Assembly: GCA_964187785.1 (NCBI GenBank)
Contig: OZ076414.1
Coordinates: 6,324,001-6,388,000 of the forward strand
DNA: 64,000 nt
Direction of reading: 5' to 3'
Source of the DNA: Amphiscolops sp. MND2022
Lineage: Eukaryota
Notes under the pieces: model-generated
What the model was told of the DNA's origin: nothing
What the model saw: only the letters and a program-made list of their open reading frames with translations
Database searches by the model: none
In this document: one piece after another, positions 12,704-24,989 of the stretch
Layout of the letters: every line of letters starts with the position of its first letter
How positions within the stretch are numbered: the stretch's first letter is position 1
Position numbers and translations under genes: made by a program

Positions 12704-14599
12704 GAGGAGAATTGTTGCAATTGGGCAGTGTAATTCAAAATGTGAGCATGTTTAAGAAATTAATGAAACCGTGAAGACGGAACGGATGGTGATCACTAAC
12801 GAAAAGACTATGATTAGTAGCAATGAAAGGATGTGGTATGGATTAAAATTGACTGTATTGTGAGACGGACTTATTTGTGGACTTAAGTTGTGAAATTTAA
12901 CAGCGATTTAACGTTTCTTTTCAAGACTTGTAGTATCGAGTCTTGGAAATTCTTTTCGACGACGTCCGTCAGATATTTGAGTATAAGAATGTATTTTATG
13001 AGTTGCAAGATATAAGAATCAAGGATCTTGACGTGGACTAGAAACAAGAGAAATGGGGTATCAGTGGAATCAACACGATTATGTGTAGGTAGGGTAGAAT
13101 ATTGATCAGTGGTAATGTCAATATTCAGGAGGAGGGAATCCGAAAGGAGAACACTGTGAATTGGAGAACTGGGTCGCAAAAACAGCTCTCCGGATTGTTC
13201 ATCAGATGAATTAGAAGAGCGTTGCAAAAAGGCGGAATCAAGACCAGAGGTTTGAATATTTTCGTGAGCCAAAACAGAATCGGATGAACGAGGTTGAGCG
13301 TGGTGTCTCACTAAAGAGGAGTTTTTGCTTGCAAGAAAAGGCGTAGGGCTACGGTTATATCTAAGATTATATCTTCGACGTGGAGGCCTCCCAATAGTAG
13401 ATTCAGAAGAGGCTTCTAAAAGATTATCCAAGGAAGAAATGTTAAACATTATGAAGGTGGAAGAGGAGGACCAGGATCAGAGTGTTTACAGGGTTGTGGA
13501 AGAGGGAGTGGGGGATCAAATTGAGAGTGTCTACGACATCCTTTAATGGAAGTAGGTACTAAGATTGGGTTACGAGATTGAGCTTTGTTAAAATTTCTTA
13601 GGAGTATTGGGTCAATATCACCAGGATCAAGAATATGAGATTGATGTGGGGGAGAAGGAGAATGAGTAGGGACGACATCAAATGGAGTTGAAGGGAATTC
13701 AGTATCAGAGTGTGGAAGAGTTTAAGATGTTTGGGGTTTTAGAATAAAAGGAGTTTTAGTTGGAGTTAGTGTATGAGTACGAGTACGAGTAGTATTTGAA
13801 GAAGGAGTGACAGGACTTGCATTTGAAGGAGGGCGATCTAATATGAGACAAGATGTCTAAGAGGAATTTGTAGTATCAGTAGAAACTATTTAGACAACAG
13901 AAGAACTAGTGTCTGTAGAACTGGAGGATAAAGGAACCGGGGGATCCAGAATGGAAACAAATGTTACGAAAAATATAAATAGATTTTAGCGGCATGCGCA
14001 AGATAAGTATAAGTACAGTTTTAAATAGATAAAGAATTTTTGTTTCAATCGATGGTAGATGTTAAGAGTATATAAAGTTCAGAACAAAAAACGGAGTTTT
14101 TTTCAGCGTTATTTCTTAACCGACTGTTCAATCAAAGATTATGAACAAAATGAACAGAGGATAATTATGGAAATGGGTAAGTAGAGTGTGGATGTCAAAT
14201 GGCAGGCATTTTTATGTGTCTGAACAAAAGACAGTTCATTGATAGTCTGACAGGTAATGCCATTCGGGAGTTAATTTTACATTAAGGGGAGGAACCAGAT
14301 AATGGGCTTTGAGTTATTGTAGTCTTTCGAGGGAAGAGACGTGAAATATATAGCGAATGAAGAGAATATGAGTGGGTAATGTTTGATAGTCTGGTGACGA
14401 TTCAAAGAAAAATTTGGGAAATCAGCAACACGTGGAAAAGTTTGCGGAACGAACTTGGAATGATAAGTAGGATTTTGGAGAGCAGTTCAAAATCAGAGTC
14501 TAAAGAGTTGAAAGTATCATCTAGATTATCATCTAGAGAATTGGAAGGAGGAAGGTTTTGATAGGTAGGAGGAGGATGTAAAATCAATTTGGACTAAGC

Positions 14600-15900
14600 A
14601 CTTGTTTTAAGAGAGGTGTGCGGGCTGAAAGATTTGAAAGGAGGCATACTCAAATTGAGTTGATTTAGAATGAGTATCTTGATAGGAGTCAGTATCAGGA
14701 TTATTGGGAGGAGAGGTAGTTGAGTGATATTGACAGAGAAATGAGAAGATATTCGGTTCTTTGCGATAATATGGTAAAATATGATTGCGGTGTGTGTGAC
14801 ACGTAGAGCCATCTTGGGCCATACGTTCATAAGTAACATCAGATAGTTGTTGAATTTTTTGTATGGGCCAAGTCGGAGGGGTTTAAGTTAAGTTTAGAAT
14901 TTAACATGTTCAAAACTGGATTACAACAGTGTTAAAGTTTCAAATGTGGAGTTTTGTGGATTCAGTTTATTGAATAAATGCCGATGAACGGTGGTGTAGA
15001 GTTCTAACCTTTGCATGTTCACCTGATGAAGCCATGAGGAAATATGTTTGTTGATGGCTGAATGGAAAAAGGGATTGAGATTTTGGTCACTACAATTGGC
15101 ATAAGGTCAAAGTGAATGATCATATGTTGCAATACTTTAAAGTTGAGAGAAAAGGTTAATGGAATACGAGGGTGTGTATGAAAAACATATTGAGATGGAG
15201 AATGTTTAAGTTGAGAAAGGAAGTTGTATTGTCAGAATAGGTGTACATTTGAGTTTGGAATGACCAATTAGTAGGACGAATTTGTAAAAAACTAACGGCG
15301 GTGAGTTTCAAGGCTACGATTTTGGACTTCGAGCAAACCGTTTGTCCAAAAAATTTATGGATTGCGTGGATAGTGACTAAAATTAAAGAGAGAGCAAAGA
15401 TGGGCCATATCTTGATTAGTGTTTTCAGTACCGCAACCAGTGACGAGATACTGGGGTGGTCCAAATTCAGTAATCCAAAGATGGAGTGGTGTTTGAATAG
15501 CATCTTTAGAAGAAATAAGAGGAGAAGGGTTAGTAACACCAAAGTGACTAAAAGCATCAATGATTACAAAAATATAGGAGTTTCCTTGTGAGGAAGGAGG
15601 AAAAGGTCCTTCAGTGTCCATAGAGATTGTACAATTAAAACGGCACTTCCAAAAAATGGTAAAAGAGGAAAATATTAGTTGATTTAATAAGAAAATGATT
15701 ATTCGTTTGGCATTCAATACTATCATGAATGGAAATAGAGAACCATAAAGGTAAATGAGGAATATAATAAAATTGATTGAGAGTTTTAATAGAGAGTTTT
15801 CACCGGAATGACCATGTGAATGAGTTTTATCAAAAGCAGCATAAAAGAGTTTAAATGGCGAACAAATGCGAGTCTGGCAAATAGAGGGTTGAGTTTTTAT
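14600..15900 (-). pseudogene. pol: Integrase of element B
   Basis: ISMDTEGP..YIFVIIDAFSH..FGPPQYLVT core (15355-15726) and C-terminal THRNHILPYY segment; the second catalytic Asp is lost. Confidence 0.88.
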
Positions 15901-16699
15901 TTAAAAAATATCAAAAATTCTGGCGTTGGGTGTATAGTATTGGATAAGATGTGAATTTGTGTCAATATAAAATGTTGGAATTTCTTGTCTCATGTATAAA
16001 GAAAACAGTTAGCTTTATTAACTGGAGCAAAAGGGTATGTTTTTGTTTTTGTTGAAGCCATTTATAAACAGTGGGAAGAACAGGATCATCTCCTTGAGCT
16101 TGAAGGAGAATAGGTATTATTAAAAAGGTATCAGATGGGAAAAAGTATTCAAAAGCTTTGCAATGAGCAATGGATGAATCGAAAAATGGTGAATAGGATG
16201 AATTGAAAAATGGTGAGGTGGAGGTAGATTCAATAAGAGTTTGTAATATGACATGAGTGTGACCAGAATCATCAGAGTTGGGAGATAAGGAGTTAGTGTA
16301 ATATTGATTAGGATATCTCGGGAAAGGTGAGAGTCATTAAAATTTTAGTATTGAATTTCAGAGAGGGGCTGTAAAAAATACGGGATGGTGATTGTAAATT
16401 TTGTTGAAAACTATTTTTAGGAATCATCAACTTCACACAAATCAGTTTCGTGTAAAAGAGAGTTTTGTTGAAGCAATGTTTTGACTTTCTTTCTTATAGG
16501 TTTTTTAATATTTGTTCGAAAAGGATGATCCGGATACAAACAAAAATGAATCTAAAGGAGTGTAGGTGACAGTGTTACATTTATCTTAAATACCAAGCGT
16601 AAATTGATTATCATCGTAATCAACGTCATCAACTAAAATTGGGTGTCAGACATATTTTTGTGTTGGCAAAACTAGATAGTGAGTTTGTATTAACGAGTT

Positions 16700-18757
16700 A
16701 TTGGGTTTGAGTTGAACAAATTCAATATGTGGAGGACGTGTTCTGTGTTGTCAATTGCTCATTGTACTTGTAATTTGGGAAAACTCTTGACTGAGCACAT
16801 CAGCAACAGTTAAATTAGTACCTGCAGTATGAATAATTTGAAGATATTTGATAACATTTGAGCTATACTTCGTCTTGGTGTCAGGTTTCATTTACGGGTA
16901 AAGAGGATTGCATTTGATTATCGGTGTTGGATTGAAATAAAATGGCGCCTAGACCAATAAGAGAGTCGTCAACTATAGAAATGGTGAGTGGTACAGATTG
17001 TATGTTCAGCATCGTTTGAAAGAGAAGTTTCAAGTCCGTGGAAGAGTTTGTCCAATTCACGAGTGCATTCAATTGAAATATATTCATGAAGGAAAACATA
17101 AAGGGGTTGAGTGAGATATGAAGTTTGTTTATAAATTTAGAGTCGAAGTTCATTGAACCTTAAATCGCATTAGTTCTGTTTTAGAAAATGGAGTTTTGAA
17201 TTGGTGAATGCCGTCAACTTTAGAGGAGATGGGTTCAATTGAATTATTGCCAGTTTCATGTCCTAAAAATTTGACAGTAAAAAGAATATATAATAACTTT
17301 TCAGTTGCAATTTTAGAATTGTTGGAACTACGTAATTGGTGCAATTATTTAATTAAATCTAACACATGAGTTTTGATATGAGCAAAAAGAAGGATATCGT
17401 CAACATAAACAAGTGCATTGCCTTGATCAAGGAATTTTTGAAAAAGTGATTCCATTTGTTTCGGAAATAAATTTGGCAGTCCTTTAGGATCATAAAATAC
17501 TCGAAAAAGTTCGTAAAGTTTCGTTCCCGAAGAGAAACTGGAAAGAGAGATGGTTCCGTTATCTAAATCGGCATGTGCATAAGCACACATGAGAGCAATT
17601 GGATATTTGAAGTTTTTGCTAGCGCGTGCAAGTTGGGGAGCTAAAAGTTCAAGTGGCAAGTATCAAAGGATTGATCGGTGTTAGAGTTTAAGTGCCGAGC
17701 GTCAAGGACGACATTAATTGTGTCTCCATTACAAAAATGAAGAGCGGATTTCAAAGGTTGTACCGTAGATCGATTTATCAGAGGGAGTGGAGCCAATTTG
17801 TTTCATAAATTTGTGGTTTTCTATTTCATCTAGTGGCTTTTTAAGTTTCTCTCTATGATGGATAGGGACTTTGGTAAGCCTTTCAGTTTGAGGTTAAGCA
17901 TTTGGTTCGATACTAATTCTAAAAGGAGTGGCCGTTTTACCAACGTCATTACGATGTAGCATAGCAATGTTGGTGTTTAATCAAAATAGCGCAGAGTTTT
18001 TAATGTTCATTATCATTGCCGTCCGAGTATTAAAACTTAAATTTGTTTAAGAGTTGTTGAACTTCTGGAGAGTACTGTAAAGAACGAAGAGGACGGTTTA
18101 AAAGTTGAGAAGGTTTTAGATTATTTATTTCAGTATTAGTTCTTCTAATAGAAGAGCGACGAACAGAAGGTTTTGGTTCTGAGAGATCTGGGTAATATGT
18201 ATGGAATATAGTGTGTATTAAAGAAACAACATCAATAATTTTGTAGTGTGGTGGTTCAATATTAGTGGCAAGAACTTCAATTTAACCTATTTATCCTGGT
18301 GACAAGATAGCTGAATGATGAGTAAATTTTTGAATTATAACAGAGCAGGTCTTCAATTTTGGTATTTTGGTAAACTTGGAGAACGTTAAAGGTGGGGTCA
18401 ACGCGAGTATTAAAATATGGATGTGAAGTTGAGGGAAAGATAATATCATTTTAGGAGGTTGTGAAGGTTAAAGGAAGAGTAGTTTCGATTGGGAAATGAA
18501 TAACTTGAGAAGCGTTGGGTGTTAAAACAGTTTTGTTTTTAACTTTACTTTTGTAAATGTTAGATAAATATGGGTCAGCTTTTTTCGTCTTTTTTAAAGA
18601 GCAGTAAAAGGAAGAGTATTACCATGAGATTCATGAGGGGTATTAAGTGTAAGATACATGTGTTCAATGTTAAGAGCTGTTACATATTTTTCGAAGAAAG
18701 GATTTCCAATTATACTACATTTATTGATTGCAACTGCAATCGGAATTACAAGAGTCC
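16700..18757 (-). pseudogene. pol: Protease end, linker, RT and RNase H of element B
   Basis: RTLVIPIAVA..IIGNPFFEK near 18740; LAPQLARA..YAHA..ALVYVDDILL (17345-17659); DDSLIGLGAILFQ (RNase H). Confidence 0.88.
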
Positions 18758-19010
18758 TGGTGTGAGGATTCCTTTACGAGTGAAGAGCAAACGAATAGGA
18801 TTGTGATATGTGAAAACAGTGCTTGGGTTTCTAGATCCAATGATAATAAATCCAAATAGAGCAAAATTTATAGCACAAAAATCTCGTGCTGTAGAAATTT
18901 GTTGTTCTTGTGTTGTCGAAATACGAGCGTTGAAAGATACAACTTGCATTTTCTTATCCGTGTTGGGTTGAAATAAGATGGTACTGAGACCAATTAGAGT
19001 CACCAGTATT

Positions 19011-22000
19011 ATAAAAAGGATGAGTGGTGTTAGAAATTGCAAGTTCAGCATCTTTTGAGAGAGAAGTTTTAATTTAATTGAAGAGGTTGTCTAATTCAGG
19101 CGTCCACTCAAATGAAACATCATCATCAGAGTAAAAGATCATTGAACCAATAAATCGCATTAGTTCAGGTTTGTAAGTGGAGGATTTCGATTTGTGCATA
19201 CCACCGACTTTAGAGCAGATGGGTTCAACCGTATTATTGTCAGTTTCATGTCCATGAAATTTGACAGTGAGCAGAATATAAAATGATTTTCCGCGGCAAT
19301 TTTTAGATTGTTGGAGCTACATATTTGGTGTATTTGTTCAATTAAATCCAACATATGAAATTTAATATGAGCAAAAAGAAGGATATCGTCAATATAAACA
19401 AGTGCAGAGCCTTGATCATTGAGTTTTTGGAAAAATGAGTACATTTGTTTAGTGAAAAAATTGGAAGTCCTTTAAGACCATAAAATCCTCGAATAAAGGC
19501 GTAAAGTTCATCTCCTGAAGATAAACTAGTAAGAAAAATGGATTCTTTGTCTAATGGGGCATGTGCATAAGCATACATGAGATCAATGGCGGATTTATAT
19601 TTTGTTAGCGCGTGCAAGTTGAGGAGCTTGAGGTTCAGAAGTCCAAGGTTTAACGGATTGATCAGTGTTAGAAGTTAAATGTCGACCATCAAGGTTGACT
19701 TTAATTGTGCCTCCTTTAGGGATAATATTGAGTGGATATAAAAAAGTTTTACCATTTATGGATTTATCAGAGGTAGTGGAGCCAACTTGTCTAATATTTT
19801 TGTGGGTTTCTAATTCAACGAGTAGCTTCTTAAGTTTTTCTCTATACTGAGTACGGACTTTAATAGGTCTTTGAGTTTGAAGTTTAGCATTTGGCTTGAG
19901 GCGAATTCGAAAAGGAGTAGCTATTTTATCACCGTCATCACGATGAGTAGCATAGCAGTGTTGATATTTAACTAAAATGGCGCAGAGTTTTGAATATTGA
20001 TCATCAGTGACATCAAAGTATTGAAATTTAAATTTTTTGAGGATTTGTTGAACATCTGAGGAGTATGGTAAAGAATTAAGAGGAGGGTTTAAAAGTTGAG
20101 AAGGTTGTAGATTATTATTTTTAAAATATTAGATTTTTTGACAGGAGAACAGGGGGTTTTGGGAGAGATCGGGGTAGTATGTGGGAAATATTGTTTGTAT
20201 TGAAGAGTTAACATCATTAACTTTATTGTGTGGTGGTTTAATCTTAGTGGCAGGGACTTCACTATAGCTTATATGTCCTGGTGCGAGGATGGCTGAATAA
20301 TAAGTAATTTTTTGGATTATAACAGATCAACTATTGGGTTCAATTTCAGTGTTTTGGTAGACTTGGAGGATGTTAAAAGTGGAGTTTAGGCGGCTATTGA
20401 AATATGGTTGTGGAGTGGAAGGAAAAACAATTCCAATTTCAGAAGTTGTGAAGGTTCAAGGAGTAGTAGGTTGAATCGAGAGGTGAAAAACTTGAGAAGA
20501 GTTAGGTTTAAAGTATATTTTGTGTTTAACTTTTATTGTATAAATATAAGAAAAATATGGGTAGCATTTTTCTTTATGTGCGGTAATAGGAACAATGTTG
20601 ACATGAGATTCATGAGGTGTATTAAATGTAAGAAACAAGTTGTCAATATTTAGAATTTTAACACATTTTTCAAAGAAGGGAGTTCCAAGTTCATTGATTT
20701 GATACTTGCAACTGCAAGGGGAACTAAAAGAATGAGAGTACTTCCATGGATGGAGGTATGAAGTGTGAGAAAACATTTGAAAAATTTAGCACCTTCAGCG
20801 TTTTTGGCTACTGTTAGGGTTTTAGGCTCATTATTTGGAGGAATGGATGTTGAATATTTGACGAAGTGATCCTGTAATGTTGTGAAGGTGGGTAAAGTTA
20901 AAACACAAATGGAGGCACGCTGTCAAGCAGGAATAAGAGTTCTACCTTAGAGGGCAAAGAGGTGTCTTCTTGTTGTTTGAAAATGTATAGTAATATGTAT
21001 AGTAATATAAAAAGGATGAGTGGAGTTAGAAATTGCCAGTTCAGCATCTTTTGAGAGAGAAGTTTTAATTTAATTGAAGAGGTTGTCTAATTCAGGCGTC
21101 CACTCAAATGAAACATCATCATCAGAGTAAAAGATCATTGAACCAATAAATCGCATTAGTTCAGGTTTGTAAGTGGGGGTTTTCGATTTGTGCATACCAC
21201 CGACTTTAGAGCAGATGGGTTCAACCGTATTATTGTCAATTTCATGTCCATGAAATTTGACAGTGAGCAGAAAATAAAATGATTTTCCGCGGCAATTTTT
21301 AGATTGTTGGAGCTACATATTTGGTGTATTTGTTCAATTAAATCCAACATATGAGTTTTAATATGAGCAAAAAGAAGGATATTGTCAATATAAACAAGTG
21401 CAGAGCCTTGATCATTGAGTTTTTGGAAAAATGAGTACATTTGTTTGGTGAAAAAATTGGTAGTCCTTTAAGACCATAAAAACCTCGAATAAAGGCGTAA
21501 AGTTCATCTCCTGAAGATAAACTAGTAAGAGAAACGGATTCTTCATCTAATGGGGCATGTGCATAAGCTTACATGAGATCAATGGCGGGTTTAAATTTTG
21601 TTAGCGCGTGCAAGTTGAGGAGCTTGAGGTTCAGAAGTCAAAGATTTAACGAGTTGATCAGTGTTAGAAGTTAAATGTCGACCATCAAGGTTGACTTTAA
21701 TTGTGTCTCCTTCAGGGATAATATTGAGGGGATATAAAAAAGTTTTACCATTTATGGATTTATCAGAGGCAGTGGAGCCAACTTATCTAATATTTTTGTG
21801 TTTTTCTAATTCAACGAGTAGCTTCATAAGTTTTTCTTTATACTGAGTACGGACTTTAATAGGTCTTTGAGTTTGAAGTTTAGCATTTGGCTTGAGGCGA
21901 ATTCGAAAAAGAGTAGGTATTTTATCACCATCATCACGATGAGTAGCATAGCAGTGTTGATATTTAACTAAAATGGCGCAGAGTTTTGAATATTCATCAT

Positions 22001-24980
22001 CAGTGACATCAGAGTATTGAAATTTAAATTTTTTGAGGAGTTGTTGAACATCTGAGGAGTATGGTAAAGAAGGAAGAGGACGGTTTAAAAGTTGAGAAGG
22101 TTGTAGATTGTTTTTTTTAATATTAGATTTTTTGACAGGAGAACAGGGGGTTTTGGGAGAGATCGGGGTAGTATCTGGGAAATATGGTTTGTATTGAAGA
22201 GTCAACATCATTAACTTTCTTGTGTGGTGGTTTAATCTTAGTGGCAGGGACTTCACTATAGCCTATATGTCCTGGTGCGAGGATGGCTTATTAGAAGGTA
22301 ATATTTTGGATTATAACAGATCAACTATTGGGTTCAATTTCAGTGTTTTGGTAGACTTGGAGGATGTTAAAAGTGGAGTTTAGGCGGCTGTTGAAATATG
22401 GTTGTAGAGTGGAAGGAAAAACAATTCCAATTTCAGAAGTTGTGAAGGTTCAAGGAATAGTAGGTTGAATCGAGAGGTGAAAAATTTGAGAAGAGTTAGG
22501 TTTAAAGTATAGTTTGTGTTTAACTTTTATTGTATAAATATAAGAAAAATATGGGTAGCATTTTTCTTTATGTGCGGTAAAAGGAACAATGTTGATATGA
22601 GATTCATGAGGTGTATCAATTGTAAGAGACATGTTGTCAATATTTAGAATTTTAACACATTTTTCAAAGAAGGGAGTTCCAAGTTCATTGATTTGATACT
22701 TGCAACTGCGAGGGGAACTAAAAGAATGAGAGTATTTCCATGGATGGAGGTATGAAGTGTGAGAAAACATTTGAAAAATTTAGCGTCTTCAGCATTTTTG
22801 GCTACTGTTAGGGTTTTAAGCTCATTATTTGGAGGAATAGATGTTGAATATTTGACGAAGTGATCCTGTGATGTTGTGAAGGTGGGTAAAGTTAAAACAC
22901 ATATGGAGGCACGCTGTCAAGCAGGAATAAGAGTTCTACCTTAGAGGGCAAAGAGGTGTCTTCTTGTAGTTTGAAAATGTATAGTAATATGTATAGTAAT
23001 ATAAAAAGGATGAGTGGAGTTAGAAATTGCCAGTTCAGCATCTTTTGAGAGAGAAGTTTTAATTTAATTGAAGAGGTTGTCTAATTCAGGCGTCCACTCA
23101 AATGAAACATCATCATCAGAGTAAAAGATCATTGAACCAATAAATCGCATTAGTTCAGGTTTGTAAGTGGGGGTTTTCGATTTGTGCATACCACCGACTT
23201 TAGAGCAGATGGGTTCAACGGTATTATTGTCAATTTCATGTCCATGAAATTTGACAGTGAGCAGAAAATAAAATGATTTTCCGCGGCAATTTTTAGATTG
23301 TTGGAGCTACATATTTGGTGTATTTGTTCAATTAAATCCAACATATGAGTTTTAATATGAGCAAAAAGAAGGATATTGTCAATATAAACAAGTGCAGAGC
23401 CTTGATCATTGAGTTTTTGGAAAAATGAGTACATTTGTTTGGTGAAAAAATTGGTAGTCCTTTAAGACCATAAAATCCTCGAATAAAGGCGTAAAGTTCA
23501 TCTCCTGAAGATAAACTAGTAAGAGAAACGGTTTCTTCATCTAATGGGGCATGTGCATAAGCATACATGAGATCAATGGCGGATTTAAATTTTGTTAGCG
23601 CGTGCAAGTTGAGGAGCTTGAGGTTCAGAAGTCAAAGATTTGACGAGTTGATCAGTGTTAGAAGTTAAATGTCGACCATCAAGGTTGACTTTAATTGTGT
23701 CTCCTTCAGGGATAATATTGAGGGGATATAAAAAAGTTTTACCATTTATGGATTTATCAGAGGCAGTGGAGCCAACTTATCTAATTTTTTTGTGTTTTTC
23801 TATTTCAACGAGTAGCTTCTTAAGTTTTTCTTTATACTGAGTACGGACTTTAATAGGTCTTTGAGTTTGAAGTTTAGCATTTGGCTTGAGGCGAATTCGA
23901 AAAAGAGTAGGTATTTTATCACCGTCATCACGATGAGTAGCATAGCAGTGTTGATATTTAACTAAAATGGCGCAGAGTTTTGAATATTCATCATCAGTGA
24001 CATCAGAGTATTGAAATTTAAATTTTTTGAGGAGTTGTTGAACAACTGAGGAGTATGGTAAAGAAGGAAGAGGACGGTTTAAAAGTTGAGAAGGTTGTAG
24101 ATTGTTTTTTTAATATTAGATTTTTTGACAGGAGAACAGGGGGTTTTGGGAGAGATCGGGGTAGTATCTGGGAAATATGGTTTGTATTGAAGAGTCAACA
24201 TCATTAACTTTCTTGTGTGGTGGTTTAATCTTAGTGGCAGGGACTTCACTATAGCCTATATGTCCTGGTGCGAGGATGGCTTATTAATAGGTAATATTTT
24301 GGATTATAACAGATCAACTATTGGGTTCAATTTCAGTGTTTTGGTAGACTTGGAGGATGTTAAAAGTGGAGTTTAGGCGGTTATTGAAATATGGTTGTAG
24401 AGTGGAAGGAAAAACAATTCCAATTTCAGAAGTTGTGAAGGTTCAAGGAATAGTAGGTTGAATCGAGAGGTGAAAAATTTGAGAAGAGTTAGGTTTAGAA
24501 AATAGTTTGTGTTTAACTTTTATTGTAAAAATATAAGAAAAATATGGGTAGCATTTTTCTTTATGTGCGGCAAAAGGAACAATGTTGATATGAGATTCAT
24601 GAGGTGTATCAATTGTAAGAGACATGTTGTCAATATTTAGAATTTTAACACATTTTTCAAAGAAGGGAGTTCCAAGTTCATTGATTTGATACTTGCAACT
24701 GCGAGGGGAACTAAAAGAATGAGAGTACTTCCATGGATGGAGGTATGAAGTGTGAGAAAACATTTGAAAAATTTAGCGTCTTCAGCATTTTTGGCTACTG
24801 TTAGGGTTTTAAGCTCATTATTTGGAGGAATGGATGTTGAATATTTGACGAAGTGATCCTGTAATGTTGTGAAGGTGGGTAAAGTTAAAACACAAATGGA
24901 GGCACCGCTGTCAAGCAGGAATAAGAGTTCTAGCTTAGAGGGCAAAGAGGTGGCTACTTGTTGTTTGAAAATGTATAGTA
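19011..24980 (-). repeat. Three tandem ~1995-bp copies of the protease-RT segment (19011-20992, 21007-22986, 23001-24980)
   Basis: Homologous ORFs recur at offsets of 1993-1996 bp. Both junctions carry the same (ATGTATAGTAAT)x2 at 20983-21006 and 22977-23000. Confidence 0.97.
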
Positions 24981-24989
24981 CACATTAAC

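Larger units (their letters stand above)
6405..18760 (-). mobile_element. env-bearing Ty3/Gypsy element B (end of protease, RT, RNase H, integrase, env, ORF4, 3' region), decayed
   Basis: Co-oriented decayed pol, env and extra ORF. The putative terminal motif CTCGTCGATGA (minus strand, ~6405-6415) resembles those at 27697 and 29800. Confidence 0.85.
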
